The notes under the pieces: generated by a model
What the model was told of the DNA's origin: nothing
The model's database searches: none
Seen by the model: the letters and a program-made list of their open reading frames with translations, nothing else
Shown here: positions 51,301 through 60,324 of the stretch, piece by piece
Layout: every line of letters starts with the position of its first letter
Numbering within the stretch: the stretch's first letter is position 1
Origin: Bdellovibrionota bacterium
Lineage (GTDB): Bacteria; Bdellovibrionota_C; UBA2361; JBIKUX01
Assembly (NCBI GenBank): GCA_044347345.1
Contig: JBIKUX010000006.1
Span: 32,001 to 96,000 of the forward strand
DNA: 64,000 nucleotides
Reading direction: 5' to 3'
Translations under genes and position numbers: made by a program

Positions 51301-51615
51301 TCGCTCAGACTCCATTTCTGCGGGAAGACCGTGGCAGTCCCATCCGAAACGGCGCTCTACCCTCAACCCTTTCATTGCTTGGTATCTCGGGATGGTATCT
51401 TTTATAAATCCAGTCAAAAGATGACCGTAGTGAGGAAGTCCGTTGGCAAACGGGGGACCGTCGTAAAAAACGAATTCACCACCATTTTTGGTTGTGATAC
51501 TTTCTGAGAAAATGCTCTCTACCTTCCAGTAATCGAGTACTTCTTCTTCTATTTTTGGATAATTGGGCTCTCTCGACAAAGGGGCATAACAAAAGGTGGG
51601 CTTAGTCGGATCCAT
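48346..51615 (-). CDS. ileS: Isoleucine-tRNA ligase, type 2 (IleRS2)
   Basis: FYDGPPFANGLPHYGH, GWDCHGLP, WTTTPWTLPSN, WFESGSMP, QTRGWFY, KLSKR; long IleRS2-type C-terminus. Confidence 0.96.
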   Translation of the reverse strand: MDPTKPTFCYAPLSREPNYPKIEEEVLDYWKVESIFSESITTKNGGEFVFYDGPPFANGLPHYGHLLTGFIKDTIPRYQAMKGLRVERRFGWDCHGLPAEMESERELGISGQRAIIDFGIDKFNAHCRDSVLRYTKEWETFVTRQARWVDFKNDYKTMDISYMESVLWAFKRLWSKGLVTEGHRVMPYSWAVESPLSNFETRLDNAFRQRQDPALTVRFTLTPNPNDPGPLDILAWTTTPWTLPSNLALAVGEDIDYAIYSLKDRFVILANASVERYQSELDGGKNVGNITGKDLINRKYEPLFPFFANVKPAFTILSGNFVTTTDGTGVVHCAPGFGEDDFDLCKANGIPIICPVDSQGRFTAEVSPYHNIQVFDSNKLIIKHLKAENKVVRHETYLHNYPHCWRTDTPLIYKAVSSWFVKVSEFKDRMVELNQTINWIPSHIRDGQFGKWLENARDWSISRTRFWGTPLPVWKSDNLSYPRTDVYGSIAELERDFGAHITDLHRPAIDQLIRANPDDPTGQSMMRRVPEVFDCWFESGSMPFAQMHYPFENKEWFEQHFPADFIVEYVAQTRGWFYTLMVLGTALFDKPPFKTCMCHGVVLDEEGKKLSKRLRNYPSPDEVFDKLGADALRWFLISSPIIKGSDLLIDREGKGIAEIVRTVLNPLWNAAYFFTLYANTDRVTANHDHAQDTLAGRVPPNYNDSLSQIDEYILAKLRILIEETDVALTNYDIPKACEEIKNFLDVLTNWYIRRSRERFWESGISEKKQVAYETLFLTLIGLCRVIAPILPLLSEHLYRTLTGRKSVHLEAWPLATSLPNNKNLITAMDLTREVCSAGLSIRESKGLRTRLPLEKVILAGKSADQLAVFTSLIAEELNVKSVVLEESFSAFAEEQLQLNSRVLGPRLGNEMKNLIASSKTGNWYRTNDGQVICNGIKLDPCEYTIRLVPKGSDKSDVNQICVASISQDNNSLIIALSVSVTPELEKEGVARDLVRHIQQARKDANLIISDKIDLMVFVEDTRDSEIIKQFSDYISAQTLAASISIKEVREHNLNSMTEDSLKNKKGEIIVNLSNQSERKISFIFSKVNK

Positions 51616-51684
51616 TGAAAAAACTTCAAACTTTTACCTTCCTATACGATAAGCCGTTTGCCCTTAAAAGTCCATCAACGGAAG

Positions 51685-51707
51685 AAAGTTTGGTGCACCC
51701 CACCTTT
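51685..51707 (-). repeat. REP-like palindrome downstream of the RAYT gene
   Basis: Minus strand AAAGGTGGGGTGCACCAAACTTT (GGTG-N5-CACC hairpin); partial copy at 51736-51746. Confidence 0.45.
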
Positions 51708-52116
51708 GACGTTCTCAGTTTGAAGGTTTGAAAAAAAAGTTTGGTGTGGGAGGAGAGATGAAAGTAGAGGAGGAGAATAGTGAGAGGAGGAGAATAAAGA
51801 ATAGTGCATACCATTTTGTAAACGGTCAAAAACGGTCAAAATAAAAATTATATTACCCATAATTAGGGCTAACTTTGATCAATCAGCTAGTCATTACAGA
51901 TATGTTGGCACCAATACTTTAAACTCCAATGCTGCTTAGCTTAGAGTGCTCATAATGAATTGCATGGAGAAGTAATTACTCAAAAATCGAAACAGAGAAA
52001 GCAGTTATAGAGAAAGTAAAACACCAATTATTAAAATGTCTTGAGTTTACTCGTGTGAAATTTAAATAATTTTTGCGTTATTTTGTATTAGCAAATGGAA
52101 AGTAAAGGTCTGGCCA

Positions 52117-53112
52117 TTAAAAACAACAGCCATGCTTTGGGGGGAGCCAAGGGATAAAAGTCCCATCAGGCCACTGAGTATCTTTGAACCCTGCCTTAGC
52201 TCGCTCATAAGCATCTCTACATAAAATAATAACATCTTTAAACATTCTTAGTAGTTCTAGTCGCCGCTTGGGATTTTTACAGATGAGAAATATTTTACGT
52301 TCTTTTTTCTTTGGGGTATGAGACTTCATGTAAGGTTGTTGTTTAAGAGCTTCAGGACTGAAAGTAGTTTGCTTTTTACTTTCTAATTGTCTTTTTATCT
52401 GCACTTCTTTTTCTCGTACTGCGGTAATTATTTCTCGTCTTATCAGCTCTATTTTATGAGGCTCTGTAATGCCAAATTGTTTGAGCCAAATAAATGGTTG
52501 AATAACAAGTTCCTGCTCCACTTTGTGCAATGAAGAATTCATTTTTTGTAATAAATTCCTATCTGACTGCTCACTAAGAATTTTATTATCTGGAAGTTTT
52601 GGGATGCTCTTAACAGGAAACCAACAAGTTTTAATGACAATCTTTGCATTGACATCGGCTTCACAGGTACAAAAAGCTTTCCAACTCGATAAACCGGGAT
52701 ACTGGTCGATAGTTTGACAGAGTCTAGCTGCTACTGGGTTACAAAAGATGTAAATTAGTCTGTCAATGGCATCTTGCAATTCTGCAAGCATAAGGAGGGA
52801 TGCCCTACCTTCCCAGAGAAGTAAATTTTTGCGCCCAAGAAGAGCTTTGATAGATTCAGTTAACTTTTTCTGTGTTTCACCATAGAAATTTGTGATTTGA
52901 TGAGGCTGCTTTGTTACTGCCATTATGTGAGCGTGGTTAGCCATCCAACAGAAGTTAGAGAGTTCGACTTTCTGATCGCGTTGAGCTCTAGCCATAACTC
53001 CTTGAATAATTGCATTTGATGTTCGAGTTGGTGGTAGGGGCAGACCTTCTTTTGCCCTAACTACAATTTCGTATACCTGCTTATTTAGAATAATTCGTGG
53101 TGTTCTAGCCAT
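52117..53112 (-). mobile_element. REP-associated tyrosine transposase (RAYT/TnpA-REP, HUH Y1 family)
   Basis: MARTPR start, FCWMANHAHI (HUH), LIYIFCNPVAARL (catalytic Tyr, NPV), YPGLSSW. Confidence 0.82.
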
Positions 53113-53186
53113 AATTATACTAACTCGCTTACTTGAGTAAAAAGTTGCTATAATAATTCAATTAGAAATAAGTTTTTAAAAAACTG

Positions 53187-53254
53187 AATTAGTAAAAGTG
53201 CAATTAGTAAAAGTGCCATGCACCAAAATATTAAGGCAGCACCAAAATATTAAG
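53187..53254 (+). repeat. REP-like motif with tandem duplications upstream of the RAYT gene
   Basis: aattagtaaaagtgc x2 (53187-53216); gcaccaaaatattaag x2 (53220-53235, 53239-53254); core AAAAGTGCCATGCACCAAA. Confidence 0.55.
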
Positions 53255-53266
53255 TAAAAAAGTACT

Positions 53267-54631
53267 ATGTACCAACAACACGTAGATCCTTTTGCTCCGA
53301 TGCTGGTGACACTTAGCATCATAACTGTTGCGGCGGGGTTGGGTCGGCTTCTTGCGAATAAATTAGGTCAGGCACCTGTATTAGGAGAGCTATTAATCGG
53401 GGTGGCTCTGGGTCAATTTTTACTTGCGATGAATCACCCAGAAGGCTTGTTGATTATTCATTTTGATAAGGTGAGTGAGCTGTTAAACTACGCTGCTACC
53501 AACGGTAGTAGTCTAGCAACCGTAGCTTCAGAAATATTTTCAGAATATGAATTTTCAACCGGAATACCTCAAAAGTTAATTTCAATCTTATCTTCAAATG
53601 AAGGAATGGCTTACCAAAAAGTAGTACAGGGTATTTGGATATTTTCTAATCTTGGCCTTATTCTGCTACTCTTCATGGTGGGACTTGAAAATACTCTCTC
53701 AGAGATGGCGGCAGTTGGTGCTAGAGCAACCGTAGTAGCAATTGTGGGGATAGTGGTGCCATTTTTGCTCGGTCTGCTAGCTGGAAAAGTGTTTTTGCCA
53801 GACTACAACTTTTCATCACACTTATTTCTAGCAGCTACATTGTGTGCAACTAGCGTGGGTATTACCGCAAGAGTATTTAAAGATATGGGGAGATCCGCAA
53901 GTGCTGAAGCCCGAATAATTCTCGGCGCCGCTGTTATTGATGACATACTAGGTTTAATAATATTGTCGCTGGTTGTAGGACTCGCAACCACTGGCATATT
54001 GGATATAACTAATGTTTTCAAGATTTCAGTTCAAGCGGCTGTATACATTTTTATAACGATAGCATTTGGTGTTTATCTACTTCCAAAAGTTATTACTATT
54101 CTCGCACCTTTCTTCCGACCTAAACCAAAAGTTTTATTCCCCCTGGCGATGTGTTTTTTATTTTCGTGGCTCGCGACAAAATTTGGCCTTGCTGCAATCG
54201 TGGGCGCCTTTGCTTCAGGATTAATATTGGCGGATTATCATTTTACTTCTTCTAGTGACGAGGATAATTTAGACGATCTTATTGCTCCCTTAGAATTACT
54301 TTTCGCTCCGATTTTCTTTGTGCTCATGGGTATGCAAGTAAATGTGGATGTATTACTTAGCCCACAAAATGTTTTATTAGCGTCAGCTCTTATCGTTGTA
54401 GCTGTTGTAGGCAAATTAATTAGCGGCATAGTGGCAGGGTCAGGATTAAACCGACTTGTTGTAGGAATTGGGATGATTCCAAGAGGAGAAGTAGGGCTTA
54501 TATTTGCAAGTTTGGGCAAAACTATCGGTGTTGTTGATGATAAGGTCTTTTCTGCAATTGTATGCATGGTAATTGTAACAACGCTAATTACTCCACCTCT
54601 TTTGAAAGGAGTAATTCCAAAGGAAAGGTAA
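53267..54631 (+). CDS. Cation:proton antiporter (CPA2 / Na+/H+ exchanger family)
   Basis: VLGELLIG, LLFMVGLE, ATSVGIT, AAVIDDILGL, GMIPRGEVGL. Confidence 0.92.
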   Translation: MYQQHVDPFAPMLVTLSIITVAAGLGRLLANKLGQAPVLGELLIGVALGQFLLAMNHPEGLLIIHFDKVSELLNYAATNGSSLATVASEIFSEYEFSTGIPQKLISILSSNEGMAYQKVVQGIWIFSNLGLILLLFMVGLENTLSEMAAVGARATVVAIVGIVVPFLLGLLAGKVFLPDYNFSSHLFLAATLCATSVGITARVFKDMGRSASAEARIILGAAVIDDILGLIILSLVVGLATTGILDITNVFKISVQAAVYIFITIAFGVYLLPKVITILAPFFRPKPKVLFPLAMCFLFSWLATKFGLAAIVGAFASGLILADYHFTSSSDEDNLDDLIAPLELLFAPIFFVLMGMQVNVDVLLSPQNVLLASALIVVAVVGKLISGIVAGSGLNRLVVGIGMIPRGEVGLIFASLGKTIGVVDDKVFSAIVCMVIVTTLITPPLLKGVIPKER

Positions 54632-54701
54632 AAGTTAAAAAATTGAAAAAGGTAATAACCATTGCAAAACCAGTTTTTGCTGAGCTTAAAGTGACTTCTA
54701 C

Positions 54702-55460
54702 TTACAAACATCGGTAAATATACAGGGTTGTATCATTTGATACCTTAACTTGGTTTAGTGATAAAGAGCTTGATACTGAATCAGGGAGCTTAAAAGAATT
54801 AATAATTGCAGATGAGTTAGTTGCTAATTCATCTGCAATTTTTATGGCTAGTTGTTCACTTACTTCGGGAGAAAGAAAAGCATAAATATAGTTATAATTT
54901 GAGAGAGGTTCTTGCCACAGATTAGTCCATTTAATGGATACGTTTGGTACGAGCAAGCTGCGTAGCAATCCGTAAAAAGCAAGAATTGGGCTTACTTCAA
55001 CTCCAATAAATGTTCCGCGTGGAAACTTTTTGGCTAGTTGAAAAAGAACGCTCCCAAAACCACATCCGCAATCAATAAACCGAAATGCACAATCATTTGG
55101 AAGCATTTGAGTAAGGTGCGTAATGACAGGTGGTGAAGTCGGATAAAACGGTACATCATTCCACCAGCTCGGTAAAAAAACACCGAGAAGTATGAATGCA
55201 ATTACACCAAGAAATATGGGCGGAATATTAAAAGAAAATGTAATAAATAGACCCCAAGGGATAGCAGCATTTACAATTTGCCAAGGCAAAGTATCCCGAA
55301 ACAATCGAGATAGAAAGCCGCTTATAATTGAGTGAAGCGAGACTCTTTGAATAATAGAGAGTTGTGGTGCAACTGTGATTCCTAAAATAATAAGGCTTGA
55401 TTGAATAATAAATAGGTTTGCCAAAGGCCTAATGGTAGTGCGACTCTTAAATTTTGTCAT
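54702..55460 (-). CDS. Membrane-anchored class I SAM methyltransferase
   Basis: TM helices then VPFYPTS, FIDCGCGFG, YAFLSP. Confidence 0.8.
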   Translation of the reverse strand: MTKFKSRTTIRPLANLFIIQSSLIILGITVAPQLSIIQRVSLHSIISGFLSRLFRDTLPWQIVNAAIPWGLFITFSFNIPPIFLGVIAFILLGVFLPSWWNDVPFYPTSPPVITHLTQMLPNDCAFRFIDCGCGFGSVLFQLAKKFPRGTFIGVEVSPILAFYGLLRSLLVPNVSIKWTNLWQEPLSNYNYIYAFLSPEVSEQLAIKIADELATNSSAIINSFKLPDSVSSSLSLNQVKVSNDTTLYIYRCL

Positions 55461-55531
55461 ACTAGCCTAAGGTATCACTTAGAATTGATACAGGCCATCA
55501 GTAACAACATAAAGATTTTTGGATACAGACT

Positions 55532-56848
55532 GTGGCAATTTTGATTAATGGAGATGACTCATTACCAGATATTTCGCTCTCGAAAAGAATTGCGTTATTT
55601 TTGGGACAGGAGTGGATAGATCCAGCGGGCTCATCTAGTTCTGTTGCGAGATTTCTCAGCGCTACAGAGCTAGCTGATATAGAGGTTAAATCAGTTTATT
55701 TTTTTGGGAGTTTTGTAACTGAAGATTCCTTATCTCTTAAATTTTCCTTAGATGTTGATTTGGTGTTGATTTGTGCTAGTGATGAAGAAGTTCCAGAAGC
55801 TCTGCAAGTTTTACGCTTTTTGCGTCTATCCGATGAAGAGCCAGTAGCATTAGCACTATATCGCTCTTTGTATCAAAAGACTAAGTTAGACGAAGAAGTG
55901 GTCAGTTCTCTTTTTCAAAAAGCAATTAGCTTTGATTTACTTAAATCACAAAGTATATGGCGCGGTATAAGAGCTAGTCTGAGGCATCGTGAACGTTTTA
56001 CCGAAAGTAAGCGATTAATCCTTCGTCTATCAGAAGCACAGTTGCTACTTGAGGAAAAGAATAAGAGACTAGACAGCTTTAGTGCTACTGTTGCTCATGA
56101 TCTACGTTCTCCCCTTTGTACAATCTGTATGAGGCTAGATTTAGCGTTAGAAAAACTCGCCGATTCTATTCCGGAATCTATCCGTTCTCTTCTCGTAAGC
56201 TCGCTAAAAGCCGGAGAAAACCTAAGTGAAATGGTGCAGGGTATTTATGACTTTGCTAAGCTCGGGGCAAGTTCAGGTAAAGTTGAACTAGTAGTGCTAA
56301 ATAATTTAGTAGATGAAATCTTTGCTGATCTCAAAATGAGCAGCCCTACTAATGTAGTATTAAGCAGAGAGGATTTGCCCAACATTTGGGGATATCAAGT
56401 ATCTATAAGGCGATTACTGATGAATTTAGTCGCTAATGCTATTAAATATAATGAGTCTATACCACCGAGGGTAAGTGTAGGCTTGGGTCCCTCAATTACT
56501 CGGTCTATTGGATCTTTTGTCACTATAACAATTTCGGATAATGGGATTGGAATCCCTGAAGAGGAAGTTCCGTTTCTTTTTGATCTTGGTTTTCGAGGTA
56601 GAAAAAAAATCAAAATAGACGGTAATTCAAGAGACGGTATCGGCTTTGGTTTAGCAGTTGTCAGGCGTATAATTGACCAACATTTTGGAACTATTAATGT
56701 CCAGTCAAGAGTAGGCAGTAATATTGTTAACTCTGAGATCGTTAACTCTGATATAGTGCCTTTAAGTGGAACAGTGTTTACGTGTACGCTTCCAGCCACA
56801 CCAGACGTCTTTGATCAAAAAGTTAGCCTTACCTTCCCAACTACTTGA
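55532..56848 (+). CDS. Cytoplasmic sensor histidine kinase with receiver-like N-terminus
   Basis: H-box VAHDLRSPL, N-box NLVANAIKY, DNGIGI, GIGFGLA; no TM segment. Confidence 0.9.
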   Translation: MAILINGDDSLPDISLSKRIALFLGQEWIDPAGSSSSVARFLSATELADIEVKSVYFFGSFVTEDSLSLKFSLDVDLVLICASDEEVPEALQVLRFLRLSDEEPVALALYRSLYQKTKLDEEVVSSLFQKAISFDLLKSQSIWRGIRASLRHRERFTESKRLILRLSEAQLLLEEKNKRLDSFSATVAHDLRSPLCTICMRLDLALEKLADSIPESIRSLLVSSLKAGENLSEMVQGIYDFAKLGASSGKVELVVLNNLVDEIFADLKMSSPTNVVLSREDLPNIWGYQVSIRRLLMNLVANAIKYNESIPPRVSVGLGPSITRSIGSFVTITISDNGIGIPEEEVPFLFDLGFRGRKKIKIDGNSRDGIGFGLAVVRRIIDQHFGTINVQSRVGSNIVNSEIVNSDIVPLSGTVFTCTLPATPDVFDQKVSLTFPTT

Positions 56849-56978
56849 TAACTTTTATTTAATAATCATCGCAAAAAGTATCTGCCTCGTTATCTAACTA
56901 AATTAAGAACCGAATCACGTTATAAACTAAAGGCGTTCAAGTCATTGTTCCGAAGCTATTGATGCCTCACTCGGTGTA

Positions 56979-58397
56979 GTGCTGCCCTGCACTGCATTGA
57001 ATATAGAACGACACAATTTACAGTGGATCTGTATGGTGACATCAGCTAATCCTTTTGAGCAACTTTCCCAAGCATTTGTTGAACTAGCTACGCCATTACT
57101 TGGGTCTACTAGTGTAATTAAAAATAACATTTTTTCCTCATCTTCGGTGTCTTACTTGCTTGCTCCGCTTAGAAATCGCATTAGTTGCGGAGAACAGTTA
57201 AGTGATCGCGGATATGAGCTTTTTTATATGGCAGCCGGATATTTAGCCAGTATTACACAGGATCTTTTTAATCGCAGTGATATAGTGGCTTTTGGTCATA
57301 TTGAGCGGTTCTACGGTGCCCCTGGTAAAGTTATCATCAAATTAGAGAACGGGTATGCCCAAAACTTAGGGAGCGATATTCTTGTAAATGCAAGTGAGTA
57401 TGATTTCTTATCAGAATGTAGTGGGCGCTACTTTGCTAGCAAACTTAACGCAGGTGATGATTTTTGGTATTTGTTAGATGTCATTCGGTTTAATTCGCCC
57501 CTTGCGCAGAGTCAAGTGACATCAGATGCTATTTGTGTTCGCTTAGTAACTTCAACTCTAGTCTCAGATCTAATCCACGAACTTAGTTTGGATAGCCACG
57601 ATCCCAATGTTAAAGAATTTTCTGAAAGAGTAATTTCTGCTTTTCTAGAGTATCCCGGTAGAGATGTATTATTATCCCGCGCATCTCGGTTTTTACATTG
57701 CAGTCGTAATAATGACCATTTATGCGGTATTATAGAACTTGTGCCCAGTATACTTAAAGCGAATTCTCCTCTTTTACGGGATCTTGGTTTAATTATTCAG
57801 TTAATTTGCGGAGAAATTCAGTATTTACCTAAATTAGAAACAAGCTCCTTTGGTTTAATGGGGATCGATTTATCAGAGCTTGCAAAAGAGAGGTGGCGTT
57901 ATCTTCGAGGTAAAGATGCGGTAGCTCCACCTGAATTTATAAATGAAACTACTGAAGAATGGAGTAGGCAAAGTAATCAAAATAAAGATGATTATTCTGT
58001 TGTTACTAATGATTCACTTTATGAACACTTTTTTTTGCTCGCAAGCACTATGATCCAAGAGCGACAGGAGGTAGCAGCCTCTTTGTTGGCCAAGTATCCA
58101 CGAGATGAAATAGCAAGAGTAGTTTTTGCTAAATCGCTATTAACCAGCCCTAATGGAAGCGATGGTGAGAAAATATTACAAACTATGATTGACGAAGATA
58201 AAGCCGAGACTCCAGAGCCTTATATGACATTATTCTATCATATGCTTAGTTATGGTCGTTTGCATGAAGCATTGTCAGTAATTCAAACAGCAATTAAAAA
58301 GTGGTCGAATGATCAAGAGGTGATTCAGGCCGCATGTGAGCTTAATTCAGTAGGCTGTACTAGAAGACTAGAATATGAAAATTATATTGGATGTTGA
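56979..58397 (+). CDS. Hypothetical protein with C-terminal TPR-like helices
   Basis: 472-aa ORF (ATG 57033 alternative start); EPYMTLFYHMLSYGRLHEALSVIQTAIKKW. Confidence 0.65.
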   Translation: MLPCTALNIERHNLQWICMVTSANPFEQLSQAFVELATPLLGSTSVIKNNIFSSSSVSYLLAPLRNRISCGEQLSDRGYELFYMAAGYLASITQDLFNRSDIVAFGHIERFYGAPGKVIIKLENGYAQNLGSDILVNASEYDFLSECSGRYFASKLNAGDDFWYLLDVIRFNSPLAQSQVTSDAICVRLVTSTLVSDLIHELSLDSHDPNVKEFSERVISAFLEYPGRDVLLSRASRFLHCSRNNDHLCGIIELVPSILKANSPLLRDLGLIIQLICGEIQYLPKLETSSFGLMGIDLSELAKERWRYLRGKDAVAPPEFINETTEEWSRQSNQNKDDYSVVTNDSLYEHFFLLASTMIQERQEVAASLLAKYPRDEIARVVFAKSLLTSPNGSDGEKILQTMIDEDKAETPEPYMTLFYHMLSYGRLHEALSVIQTAIKKWSNDQEVIQAACELNSVGCTRRLEYENYIGC

Positions 58398-58415
58398 TAT
58401 TTAGGATGTTTATAG

Positions 58416-59591
58416 TCATCTATTTAACCAACGTATACCGTAAGTTGACCAAAATAATTGTTGATTGAATTGTTTTGCTCCTATCCAGTACGCTCCAACT
58501 AAGCCACCTTTTAAAATATCTCTGGCTCGTTCATTATGTCGCGGGTCGGCAGTGCGGTCAGACAGCCAAGCGTATAAAGGAAAAATAAGAAGATTAAGAT
58601 CCGGGGCAGCTCTACGATGTAATGCGCTTTTATCGAGACTCTCTCCGCTAATTACTTCACGGTCAGCATAACGAAAAGCTTTTTCTTTTGATAACCATAA
58701 CGAATCCCATAATAGGTCTGCTAAGGCTGACAGTTCCTCTATTACCAACCCAAGCTCTGAAGTAGGAATCTTATTTGCTTCCACGGCTTCAATAATAGCT
58801 CTTGCTGTTAGAGCCGCCATAAATGGAACTATATATCTTGTTTTAGATTCAATGCCTCGCCAAGATGCTTTTCCTCTCCATTGTGCTATGTGGCCTCTAG
58901 CTAAAGCTACAAGTGAGTTCCTCCATAATTCTTCTGAAGGTCGTCCTAATTTTTCAGCATTAAGATGAGCTAAAAGCCCATAAGCTACTTCACGACTGCG
59001 TTCAGCACTTTCAGCGTTAGAGTGCGCCTTTTCATCGCTGGAGGCATATCGCCCTCGTTCTGCCAGTAAAAAAAGTGCTTCTTTTGACTTTAAATCTTTA
59101 GATCTTTCGTAATGTCGTTTGAGTCCTTCAGTAAATATCCAGTAACCCGGAACAAGGCCTTTCTGACTTTCTGGAAGTTTTTCGTGGAGAAGATATTTGT
59201 CTCTGTAAAATAAAGCAGCCTCATCGCCAAGTTTTAGCCATTCTTTATCTCCTAATAGTTCTCCTACGTTATAAAAGGCACTTGCTCTGTCATAATAGGT
59301 TATAGCTAGAGCTTGATTATATGGCCCTACGCCTCCTGGCTCAGCAAGATCATTATAGTCTTTCACTGCATGGTGTATTTGCTTAAGAGCATTTAAAGAA
59401 TTTAAAAACTCCTGTTTGTGATGGGATGCATGGTGTTTAACGGCGCTTATAAACTCAGCTTGAACTTCATCTCGACCAGCTGCATAGACGTAGTGCTCTT
59501 CCGGAGAAGGAGCACAACCGCTAACCAAGCTAATTGAGATAACAGGGGGTAACGTAGTACAAAGAAGCCAAGTAAAAAAGCTCATGCACAA
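58416..59591 (-). CDS. Helical, aromatic-rich lipoprotein of unknown function
   Basis: Lipobox-like VSGC; YYDRA, VPGYWIF, APDLNLLI, KQFNQ. Confidence 0.7.
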   Translation of the reverse strand: MCMSFFTWLLCTTLPPVISISLVSGCAPSPEEHYVYAAGRDEVQAEFISAVKHHASHHKQEFLNSLNALKQIHHAVKDYNDLAEPGGVGPYNQALAITYYDRASAFYNVGELLGDKEWLKLGDEAALFYRDKYLLHEKLPESQKGLVPGYWIFTEGLKRHYERSKDLKSKEALFLLAERGRYASSDEKAHSNAESAERSREVAYGLLAHLNAEKLGRPSEELWRNSLVALARGHIAQWRGKASWRGIESKTRYIVPFMAALTARAIIEAVEANKIPTSELGLVIEELSALADLLWDSLWLSKEKAFRYADREVISGESLDKSALHRRAAPDLNLLIFPLYAWLSDRTADPRHNERARDILKGGLVGAYWIGAKQFNQQLFWSTYGIRWLNR

Positions 59592-59634
59592 TCCAGCTTT
59601 AGATGAATATCAAATAAGTTGTAATTATATATCT

Positions 59635-60312
59635 CTAAATAAGGCCACCGATACCTGCTACTTTGGCGAGTAAGCTCATAATAAATTTTATAGGAATGTC
59701 GATGATAGCTCGGCCTTCGCCTTGAAGCAGCAGTAATAGCAGTATTAGCGGGAAAAAGTTTACTCCAGGTATATTCTCTAATCGGTAAATTAACGACCTT
59801 GGAAGCAGGCCAGCAGCCACTTTACTACCATCTAAAGGAGGAACAGGAATTAGATTGAATATCGCCAGACTCACATTGATTAAAGCAAATAAATATAGTG
59901 GCTCAGCCATCAAAGCCAGTAAATTTCGGAGCGAATCAGCATTAACTAATATAGAGAGAAGCCCAAAGCTTGCCAAAGCTAGTAGTAGATTTGATATTGG
60001 TCCTGCGGCTGCTACCCAAACTAGCGCTAATCGGCGATTGTACCGAACTTTAAAACCATTTGGATCAACGGGAACTGGGCGCGCCCAGCCAAACGGTATT
60101 CCAAGAAGAGGTAAAAGGAGAGTCCCAAATGTATCTATATGAGACAGTGGGTTGAGAGTTCGACGCCCCTCTTTTTCTGCTGTTTCATCACCAAACCAAA
60201 AACCAACCTGCGCATGAGCCCACTCATGAACTGTAAGAGATAAAATAACTGGAATAAGCATCATTAGTCGCGAGGTAAAGTCCATAATCCAAATCAGCAA
60301 ATAATTTGCCAA
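59635..60312 (-). CDS. Site-2 protease (M50 family)
   Basis: HEWAH, TLNPLSHID, FGWARPVP, AGPISN, FNLIPVPPLDG. Confidence 0.93.
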   Translation of the reverse strand: MANYLLIWIMDFTSRLMMLIPVILSLTVHEWAHAQVGFWFGDETAEKEGRRTLNPLSHIDTFGTLLLPLLGIPFGWARPVPVDPNGFKVRYNRRLALVWVAAAGPISNLLLALASFGLLSILVNADSLRNLLALMAEPLYLFALINVSLAIFNLIPVPPLDGSKVAAGLLPRSLIYRLENIPGVNFFPLILLLLLLQGEGRAIIDIPIKFIMSLLAKVAGIGGLI

Positions 60313-60324
60313 ACTCCTTATTTT

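Noticed and set aside
51626-51860. Leader peptide or T-box for ileS
   Set aside because: Neither small ORF is Ile-rich; AAAGGTGGGGTGC only loosely resembles a T-box, has no specifier stem, and is better explained as a REP-like motif
53187-53254. Mini CRISPR array
   Set aside because: Only pairs of 15-16 bp duplications with no spacers and no cas genes
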